NCBI GenBank assembly: GCA_026397715.1
Contig: JAPLUN010000685.1
Coordinates: forward strand, 77-64,076
Reading direction: 5' to 3'
DNA length: 64,000 bases
Source: Verrucomicrobiota bacterium
GTDB taxonomy: Bacteria; Verrucomicrobiota; Verrucomicrobiia; Verrucomicrobiales; Verrucomicrobiaceae
Below, one piece after another: positions 57,028 to 64,000 of the stretch (the first letter of the stretch is position 1; each line of letters opens with the position of its first letter). The translations under genes were made by a program, and so were the position numbers. The notes beneath the pieces are model-generated. The model saw only the letters and a list, made by a program, of their open reading frames with translations, was not told the origin of the DNA and ran no database searches.

Positions 57028-58656
57028 TCACTTCTTCCCGGACTGCCTGGCCCGAATCACCGGTGCCAGCCACTTGGCCGTCTCATCGGCAATCACGTTG
57101 TAACCCGCGAGGTTCGGATGACGATCACCCGCCCAACCGGGCAGGTGGCCAAAGATGCCGTCGAGGTGGTTGTCGAGTACGACCACGGTCGGATCCGCGC
57201 CAGGCTGAATATAAGGCGTAGCGAAGCCTCGCAGGTTCTCCGGGATCTTCGCCAGTGGATAGCGGCGGTAGTTCAGCATGTCGGGACCCTTCTTCAATTC
57301 CGCAAGGTACCGTGGAGCGATGTCAAAGAGCGTAAGCTTTTCTTCAGCAGCGATCTTCGTGACGACGTCATTGATGTCCGCATGCAAACTCTCAAGCGTG
57401 TAAGGAATGACCGTCATGGGAATGAGCATGGCGTTTGGGTGGTCCTTATGCAGACGAGCGAGCAGCTCACGGAAGTCCTTGGGGAAGTTCTCTTTGAAAT
57501 TCTCGCGTCGGGCAACGTCGTTGATGCCGTAGCGAATGAAGATGTAATCGGCCTGCGGTTTGGTTTTCACCGCCTTTTCGTAGCGGGTGTCGAGCAGCCG
57601 GCGGATGAATTCACCACTCACACCTTCGTTGTAGACATCGCACGGAGGAAGATCAGCCTCGGCAGCCAGTTTGATGCGCAGCGTATCCTCAATCTGCGGC
57701 TCGTCAGGAGCGAGTTTCTTCGGGATGCTGGCCTCGGTAGTGCTGTCGCCAAGCAGAATGATCTGCAGGCGTTTCTTGCCCGCCGTGGCATCGCTGAATT
57801 CGAAAGGCTTGCGACCGATGATCTGATCCGATGTGATCGTGGGGCAAATGCGCTTTTCCACATGAGCAACAAACAGCTCCGTGCCACGGCTATGGTTCAC
57901 AAAGGGCCAGCGTGCGGGATTGTACATGGTATCCGTCAGGTCGCGCATGAGGACAACGTGCTTGCCGTTCTTCGCCATCTGGCGCAGGCCAAAGGGGCGG
58001 CCCGAGACGCACATGTTGAGGTGGACGCCCATGAGGATGACGTTGTCGATGTTCCGTGCTTCGAGAAGGTTCCAGATCTCCACACCGCTGTCGCTGATGG
58101 CATCCTTGTCCTGGTCAATGCGCAGCACATCGATCTGTTTCGTCCACGGTGCCTTTGGATTGAGCCCCTTTGCAGCAAGTTCCTTGGCCCAGGCGGCATG
58201 CTCCACAGGATCATCGTCTTCACCTCCATCGGTTTGATCCAGCGGATACACAGCCATCTCCTCGGCCGGGATTTGTTTGCACCACTCGGCGATCTTGTCC
58301 GGCAGGCGCGCAGCGGTTGGCGCGGACTTCGCACGCTCACGTGCAGGCCTGCCTTCGTAGGGCTTCATGCAGCTGCTGGGTGCATGGATGATGAGCACGC
58401 CATCCTTGCGGGCCTTTTCGAGCACTTCATTCATGCGCGGCGCCATCTCGACCTCACGGGTCACGGCGTTTTTGCAGTGGTGCAGGTCCCACATGTCACA
58501 GACGATGATGGCAGTGCGGGAGGGCAGCCAGGACTCCTTAACCTGCGTCGTTTTACCAGCGGAGGCACGAGATTGCAGGGTGAGCGAGAGGGGCGTTTCC
58601 TGGGCCGTGAGAGCTTGGAGCGAGAGTAGCAGTAAGACGGGAATGAGCAGGCGCAT
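57028..58656 (-). CDS. Secreted fusion of isochorismatase-like cysteine hydrolase and SGNH/GDSL hydrolase
   Basis: AIIVCDMWD and GVHLNMCV in the N-half; LGDSTT, GVSG, YGIND, DRHPN in the C-half. Confidence 0.85.
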   Translation of the reverse strand: MRLLIPVLLLLSLQALTAQETPLSLTLQSRASAGKTTQVKESWLPSRTAIIVCDMWDLHHCKNAVTREVEMAPRMNEVLEKARKDGVLIIHAPSSCMKPYEGRPARERAKSAPTAARLPDKIAEWCKQIPAEEMAVYPLDQTDGGEDDDPVEHAAWAKELAAKGLNPKAPWTKQIDVLRIDQDKDAISDSGVEIWNLLEARNIDNVILMGVHLNMCVSGRPFGLRQMAKNGKHVVLMRDLTDTMYNPARWPFVNHSRGTELFVAHVEKRICPTITSDQIIGRKPFEFSDATAGKKRLQIILLGDSTTEASIPKKLAPDEPQIEDTLRIKLAAEADLPPCDVYNEGVSGEFIRRLLDTRYEKAVKTKPQADYIFIRYGINDVARRENFKENFPKDFRELLARLHKDHPNAMLIPMTVIPYTLESLHADINDVVTKIAAEEKLTLFDIAPRYLAELKKGPDMLNYRRYPLAKIPENLRGFATPYIQPGADPTVVVLDNHLDGIFGHLPGWAGDRHPNLAGYNVIADETAKWLAPVIRARQSGKK

Positions 58657-58754
58657 GGAGGCGATACGCTGCTTGGGGACGCATTTGCGCAAAATCCTTG
58701 GCTTTAGGGTGTGGTGGGCGGCACTTCAATTTATCGAAAGTTTACTTGTATATT

Positions 58755-58773
58755 ATTAAACATAATGTTCATT
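58755..58773. promoter_or_regulatory. AT-rich palindrome overlapping a -10-like CATAAT upstream of the DUF2089 gene
   Basis: Core AACAT-A-ATGTT at 58759-58769 within a strikingly AT-rich stretch. Confidence 0.5.
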
Positions 58774-58786
58774 TCTGTTTAACTAT

Positions 58787-59089
58787 ATGGAAGATTCCTC
58801 GTCCAACCGCCGCTGGCTCGATTCGCTGGAGGAAGAGGATATTAATTTTTTGAAGCGCTTCCTGCTGGCATCCGGCTCCCTCAAGGAACTGGCCGAGGGC
58901 TACAAGGTCAGCTACCCGACGGTGCGCCTGCGACTGGACCGGTTGATCCAGAAAGTACACGTCTATGATGATGCCAATGCCGGAGATGCGCACGAGCGCC
59001 ACATGCGTGCGCTGGCCGCGGACGGGAAGATCGACACCGCGACCCTGAAAACACTGCTGTCCAGCTACCGCAAAACACAGAAATCCTAA
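58787..59089 (+). CDS. DUF2089-family HTH protein
   Basis: WL..LEEED..FLKRFLLASGSLKELA..Y.VSYPTVRLRLDRLI. Confidence 0.88.
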   Translation: MEDSSSNRRWLDSLEEEDINFLKRFLLASGSLKELAEGYKVSYPTVRLRLDRLIQKVHVYDDANAGDAHERHMRALAADGKIDTATLKTLLSSYRKTQKS

Positions 59090-59103
59090 ACCAACCGAAG
59101 ACT

Positions 59104-59739
59104 ATGAAGCCGTATCTTTTGATCCTCGCTTTGATGACCACGTATTTGAACGCAGCCGCACCGGCCTTTCCGAATCGACCCTGGAAAGCGGACACGCCGG
59201 GGCTGACGGTGTCCAAATATGTAAGCTATGACAATGCAAACGGTGTGATTGAGGTCATGGCCTCCGACAAGGCGGTCATTCCGGTCTTTGTAGACGCACA
59301 GCCGAATGTCGGCACGAACTCGTACACATTGATGGGAGAAGTTAAATATGAAATGGTAGGCGGCACGGGCTTTCTTGAAACGTGGACAAGCATTGGTGCT
59401 GGCAAGGCCTTCTCCCGGTCACTGGCCGACTACGGCCCAATGGGCAAGCTCACGGGGACGAGTGCGTGGCGTGAGTTTATGCTGCCGATGAACATGATGG
59501 GAGCGTCCGAACCGGTGAAGCAGATCGAGATGAATGTGGTGCTGCCCAACGGCGGGAAGGTGTGGCTGCGGAATCTGAGGCTGGAACCGATGGATTTTGG
59601 CCCGCCCGGCTTCACTCCCATGATGGCGACGATTGGCGGCCTGCTGATCGCCATCACGACTGCTTTGTTGATCTGGCGCAGCAGACGCCGGCGCTCGAGC
59701 GAGAATGAGATCAAACGAATGATGGCGGCCGATGCGTGA
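59104..59739 (+). CDS. Hypothetical exported beta-sandwich protein with C-terminal TM anchor
   Basis: Signal peptide, CBM-like strand pattern (GTSAWREF.LP...G.VWL.NL.L), TM helix followed by RSRRRR. Confidence 0.75.
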   Translation: MKPYLLILALMTTYLNAAAPAFPNRPWKADTPGLTVSKYVSYDNANGVIEVMASDKAVIPVFVDAQPNVGTNSYTLMGEVKYEMVGGTGFLETWTSIGAGKAFSRSLADYGPMGKLTGTSAWREFMLPMNMMGASEPVKQIEMNVVLPNGGKVWLRNLRLEPMDFGPPGFTPMMATIGGLLIAITTALLIWRSRRRRSSENEIKRMMAADA

Positions 59740-59753
59740 GCCAGGGCCCTCGA

Positions 59754-61076
59754 TTATTTGGAGAGTTTTTGATGCAGTTCGTGGACCTTGCTGGCGATGC
59801 GATCTTCCACGCTTTCCGCCCAACCGGCTGCGGCTTCGTAGCCGCCTTCTTTGAGGACGCGGAGACTGGGGACATAGCCGGTATAGTCATTTGAGTAACC
59901 GGCGACCCAGACACCGGCGGCACCGGCAAATTCACGTTTGAAGCGCAGGGAGTAATCCACCACGACTTCGCTGCCGAGGGTGATGAAGGTGATGTCGTTG
60001 CCGATCTTGATGACCTGCACCGGGTAGTCGTGGTCTGCGCGGCCTGGCTTGGCGTAGGTGAGTTTGATCTCTTCATAGGCAGCACGGATGGGACCCTGAA
60101 CAGGACGCGGATTGACGACGAGAGCCATTTCAACGGCGTTCGAAAGCGAACGACCATGCTGCATGGAAAGCTCCAGATCCGTGACGCCGGGAACAACATC
60201 GCTGCGACGAGGGTAGGGATTCTGATCAGCGCCGCAGCCCATTAAGAACAGAGCGGTGAAGCCGGGGCGGTGCTCCTGGAGGTATTCCTGAGCGAAGCCT
60301 GCGTAGTCACCGCACCAGTTGTAGAAGCCGAGGCTGGTGTTGTGGCAGGCGTAGCCGAACATGGTGGCACGCAGCGTGCCATCGGGCGCTTCGATGCGCA
60401 GGGCAGGCACCTCATGATCCACCGGACCGTCCGGATTGGGCGCTTTATTCGCGTTCGGGTGGTCGGGCGGCAGCGTGTAGTCACGACGGCGATTCATGGC
60501 GAAACCGCAGCGCGCCTTGTTCCAGGTCAGACGTGCGGGCTGCATTTCCTTGAGCGCTTTGCCAATCAGGCCGACGAGGTCGTTTTGCAGCTTTTGCGTG
60601 TATTCCCACAAGTCCTTGGCCTTGGGGTTGTCCTTGTCTGCATCGGTCAAGGGAGTCGTGCGAAGTGAAGGACCGCTGTGCGTATGCGAGGCGTTCATCA
60701 CGAGATGGGCAGGCGGCAGCCCAAACTCCTTCTCCGCACGCTGTGCCACGGCTTGACGTAGAAGCTGCGGCACGCCGATGAGATCCAGCGTGACAAACAC
60801 CAGCTTGTTTCCCTGCTCGTCTTCCAGAGCCAGCGCCTTGGCGAACAGATCCTGAACCTTGCCTTCCGCAGGCTTTTTGCGCCCCGCGTATCCCGCCATC
60901 CAGAGCATCTTCTGCGGCGTCACCGCGACAGTAGCCGTTCCAGCTTTCCAATTCGCAGGCACATGAGGAGCCACCGATTTCGGCGGAGCTGGAGGCGACA
61001 GCGGCGTGGCTCCCGGCGGCGCGGCAAGGACGGCACTGGTAAACAGAACGGCGAGGGAAAAAGCGCGGAGCGACAT
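59754..61076 (-). CDS. Neutral/alkaline ceramidase N-terminal-domain family hydrolase
   Basis: MAGY..R, LFAKALAL, ASHTHSGP, NRR, YACH.T, GCGADQNP, GYVPS, GGYE. Confidence 0.85.
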   Translation of the reverse strand: MSLRAFSLAVLFTSAVLAAPPGATPLSPPAPPKSVAPHVPANWKAGTATVAVTPQKMLWMAGYAGRKKPAEGKVQDLFAKALALEDEQGNKLVFVTLDLIGVPQLLRQAVAQRAEKEFGLPPAHLVMNASHTHSGPSLRTTPLTDADKDNPKAKDLWEYTQKLQNDLVGLIGKALKEMQPARLTWNKARCGFAMNRRRDYTLPPDHPNANKAPNPDGPVDHEVPALRIEAPDGTLRATMFGYACHNTSLGFYNWCGDYAGFAQEYLQEHRPGFTALFLMGCGADQNPYPRRSDVVPGVTDLELSMQHGRSLSNAVEMALVVNPRPVQGPIRAAYEEIKLTYAKPGRADHDYPVQVIKIGNDITFITLGSEVVVDYSLRFKREFAGAAGVWVAGYSNDYTGYVPSLRVLKEGGYEAAAGWAESVEDRIASKVHELHQKLSK

Positions 61077-61128
61077 GCACAAACTACGGGAGCGCCCACG
61101 TTGTTTGTTCACTCCGCACCCATCTTTC

Positions 61129-62094
61129 ATGCGCCTCGCCTCTGTCCTCACACCGCTCAACGATCACCATTTGGCCCTCGCGGCCCAGTGCGGCGTCGAA
61201 GAGATCACGGTGCGATATCCAGGGCCGGAATTGGAGCCGCTGCTGCAAACCCAAGCGCAAATCGAGCGCCACGGCATGAAGGTGGGCATCATCGAAGGCT
61301 ATCTTCCCATCGAGAAGCTCAAGCTTGGAAAGGACGATGGCAGTGACATGACCGCGATGAAACGGCTGCTTGAACACATGAGCGAGGCGGAAATCCCGCT
61401 GCTCTGCTACAATTTCATGGCTGGCACCGACTGGGTGCGAACCAAGCTGAATGCCACGGAGCGTGGCGGAGCGCTGGTGACGGCCTTTGATCTCAAAGAA
61501 GCACAGCATGCCATGTCTTTGAACTCGGCGGCGATTCAGGCTGGCAGCGAAACCATCACGGCAGAAGCCCTGTGGGAGAACTTGGAGCACATGCTCGCCG
61601 AGTTGCTCCCCGCGGCAGAAAAACACGGCGTGACGATGGTCATGCATCCCGATGACCCGCCACTGGCCGAATTCGCCGGCAAGGCGCGCATCATGAACAG
61701 CGTCGAAAACTTCGAGCGGCTCATGCGCCTCGCACCAAGCCGGCACAATGCGATCTGTTTCTGCCAGGGCACCTTTGCGGAGATGGGTGCCGATATTCCC
61801 GCCGCCATCCGCCGGCTCGGCCCGCACATTCGCTACGTTCATTTTCGCGACGTGCGTGGCAATGCGGAGTGTTTTGCCGAGACGTTTCATGACAACGGCC
61901 CCACCGACATGGTTGCCGCCATGCGCGCCTATCACGACATCGGCTTCACCGGTCCCATGCGTCCAGATCATGTGCCGCAGCTCGACGGCGAAGAAGAGGG
62001 CGAGCCCGGCTACACCATGCTGGGCCGTTTGTTCGCGTACGGCTACATGCGCGGGCTGATTCAAAGCGTTCAAGCCGGCCAGCCCACATCCTGA
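61129..62094 (+). CDS. uxuA: Mannonate dehydratase family protein
   Basis: CYNFM, MHPDDPP, FCQG, VHFRDV, MRPDHVP, GRLFAYGYMRG. Confidence 0.88.
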   Translation: MRLASVLTPLNDHHLALAAQCGVEEITVRYPGPELEPLLQTQAQIERHGMKVGIIEGYLPIEKLKLGKDDGSDMTAMKRLLEHMSEAEIPLLCYNFMAGTDWVRTKLNATERGGALVTAFDLKEAQHAMSLNSAAIQAGSETITAEALWENLEHMLAELLPAAEKHGVTMVMHPDDPPLAEFAGKARIMNSVENFERLMRLAPSRHNAICFCQGTFAEMGADIPAAIRRLGPHIRYVHFRDVRGNAECFAETFHDNGPTDMVAAMRAYHDIGFTGPMRPDHVPQLDGEEEGEPGYTMLGRLFAYGYMRGLIQSVQAGQPTS

Positions 62095-62095
62095 C

Positions 62096-63389
62096 ATGAA
62101 GCCACCCAACCCGAATCACGGCTGTCTTCCTCCTTGGAAGACCGACGACCTTCCCGCGCCGCTGCCTTTCAGTTGGCGCAATGCTGAATCTCGAAGCGGT
62201 GCGCTACACGCTCTACACGGGCGAGCCGGTGCTCACGGGATTCATGCGGATGCGGCCGGGATCGCGGATATGGGGCGTGTTTTATGCGCTCGCAGGCTTT
62301 GCGCAGCTCGGCATGCCTGCGGCGGCGGCGGGATGCGCGGGCGTGACGTTTGCAATGCTGCAAGGACGTGCGCCGACGAATGGCGATGCGTCGATGGTGA
62401 CGTGGATCACGGTGGCGCTCGTAGTGATCTCGGCCGTGGTGCTCGCATCAGGCAAAAAGGTCGAGCGACTGCTGGAGCGGCTGTCGTGGATGATGATCAT
62501 CTTCATCTTCGGCTTCCTGCTGTGGGTGAACTTCACCTTTGTGCCGCTCAAGGACTGGACTAGCACGCTGACAGGCTTCTTCTCCTTCGGAGTGATTCCT
62601 GAGAAGGTCGATTTCGTCATGCTGGCAGTGTTTGCAGCGCTCGCAGGCAGCGGCGGCATTGGCAATCTTGCCATCGCCAACTGGTTTCGTGACAAGGGCT
62701 TCGGCATGGCTTCCAAGGCGGGCAACATGGGCGGCGTGTGGAGCACGGAGCAGACACTGGCCCCCGTCGGCAGCGTGTTTCCCATCACCGTGGAAAATTT
62801 GAAGCGCTGGCGCGACTGGTGGCGTTACGCGATCATTGATCAATCCGGCCTGTGGATGCTGGGATGCATCGTGGGCATGTTTTTGATGGTGAACCTGGCC
62901 TCGTCACTGTTTCAGCCCGGCATGCAGGTCACCGGCGTTGCGGCGGGCGTGTTTCAAGCGGCGGAAATGCGCAAGCTATGGGAGGGCTTCTGGATTCTCG
63001 GCCTCATGAACGGCTTTTGGATTCTGTTTTCGACGACGCTGACGAATGTGGATGTGCTGGCCCGCGTGGTGGCAGACATGGCATGGGCGGGCGGTGCGGT
63101 GCCGAAGAAGATGCCGGTCGGGCGGCTCTACGGCCTGCTTTTGCTCGGCTTCACGTTGGTCGCGTGCTTCGGCGCATTCCTTGGCGATGCCAAACTGCTT
63201 CTCATGATTCTCGGTGCCACCGCCGCACCCATCACGGCCTTCTCCGCGCTGCAAATCCTGCGCCTCAACACCACGCTGCTGCCCCGTGAACTGCGCCCGC
63301 CCCTGTGGCGCAAGATCGCGCTCGTCTTGTGCGCCTTGTTTTACGGCTTCATTTCATTCGCCATGTTCCGCCAGATTTTCACCCACTGA
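62096..63389 (+). pseudogene. NRAMP-superfamily (YcsG-like) transporter with a 5' deletion/frameshift
   Basis: N-terminus LPPW...DLPAPLPFSWRN jumps out of frame to (M)LNLEAVRYTLYTGE; the GPG...G.GE-containing first helices expected between them are absent; RDKGFGM and many TMs follow. Confidence 0.72.
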
Positions 63390-63397
63390 TCCACCTC

Positions 63398-64000
63398 ATG
63401 TCACGCATCACCGCCATCGAAACCGCCATTCCGTCCGGCATCATGCCGAATCTGCTGCTGGTCCGCATCCACACGGAGGACGGGTTCATCGGCTGCGGCG
63501 AAACGTATTACACACCGCATGCCATCGCCGCGTTGATTCACGATTGGATGGCGGAGCGCCTGCTCGGAGCCGATGCGCTGGCGATCGAAGCGCACTGGCG
63601 TTTCATCTATGAGCGCTGCACGCCGTTTGGCCATCCGGGCGCGGAAATGCGCGCGCTGTCGGCCATTGATCTCGCGCTGTGGGACATTCTTGGGCAGGCC
63701 TGCAACCAACCGGTGTATCGCCTGCTCGGCGGGCCGGTGCGTGATGCGATTCCCGTTTATAATACGAGCGGCGGCCCGAGTTACGGCGCGGTGGCAGGTG
63801 CCACGGAAGCTCCACGTCATCCGGGCTGGCCGGGCTATGGCGACATCGGCAGCAAAGGTCCGTTGCAAGACAACTGGGCCTCTCATTTTGCCGCCGGTGA
63901 CCTCGCTGAAGAATTGCTCGCCGAAGGCATCACCGCGATGAAGCTGTGGCCCTTTGATCGCGCGGCACATCGCAACGGCGGTCTGCACATCTCTTGGGCC
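63398..64000 (+). CDS. Mandelate racemase/muconate lactonizing enzyme (enolase superfamily) protein, truncated by window end
   Basis: Not in the ORF track because it has no stop; my translation from ATG 63398 gives MSRITAIET...LVRIHTEDGFIGCGET...ALSAIDLALWDILGQACNQPVYRLLGG.VRD.IPVYNT. Confidence 0.92.
   Translation, partial: MSRITAIETAIPSGIMPNLLLVRIHTEDGFIGCGETYYTPHAIAALIHDWMAERLLGADALAIEAHWRFIYERCTPFGHPGAEMRALSAIDLALWDILGQACNQPVYRLLGGPVRDAIPVYNTSGGPSYGAVAGATEAPRHPGWPGYGDIGSKGPLQDNWASHFAAGDLAEELLAEGITAMKLWPFDRAAHRNGGLHISWA

Noticed and set aside
62096..62563. 155-aa ORF as an independent gene, and programmed frameshifting as the explanation for the split genes
   Set aside because: Only its first ~30 codons look genuine (transporter N-terminus). 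The junctions lack slippery heptamers and coding sequence is missing, which recoding cannot restore
1..64000. CRISPR arrays, tRNA/rRNA genes, integrases, transposases, prophage genes
   Set aside because: No regularly spaced repeats, cloverleaf or rRNA-like tracts, or recombinase/transposase motifs seen by eye; intergenic gaps are mostly under 200 nt. A tRNAscan/Infernal run would be needed to exclude small RNAs

Overview
GC-rich bacterial chromosomal segment with about 53 protein-coding loci. It is most consistent with Verrucomicrobiota (Verrucomicrobiaceae/Prosthecobacter-like); this is inferred from three DUF1501 genes, PQQ-propeller and sulfatase paralog types, an autotransporter beta-strand repeat and SD-poor gene starts. 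Housekeeping genes are argA, thrC, purF, recR, the argC-J-B-D-F-murI-lptF/G run, kdsD, a ferredoxin and an RlmM-like methyltransferase. They are interspersed with many secreted hydrolases: M60, M1, M14, M20 and TraB/GumN peptidases, a sulfatase, a sialate O-acetylesterase, an MBL-fold protein and a ceramidase-like protein. I saw no rRNA, tRNA, CRISPR array, integrase or transposase. Most notable items: (i) a 2193-aa secreted protein with macroglobulin-like motifs and a low-complexity 'bait-like' segment carrying a single autotransporter (PATR) repeat; (ii) a small gene with an ADP-ribosyltransferase-like motif pattern, next to a diverged duplicate of a neighbouring gene's 3' end that brackets a DUF1501 gene; (iii) a bacterial M60 peptidase resembling vertebrate TCAF/FAM115 in both domains; (iv) an operon of a zinc-finger-less ClpX variant, an apparently dead membrane nucleotide cyclase and recR; (v) a K-channel-like protein with an atypical SFFGFGD filter; (vi) a DUF2089 two-gene module behind an AT-rich palindrome; (vii) five genes with frameshifts or internal deletions that may be real decay or assembly error. 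All family assignments come from motif recognition by eye; no searches were run.
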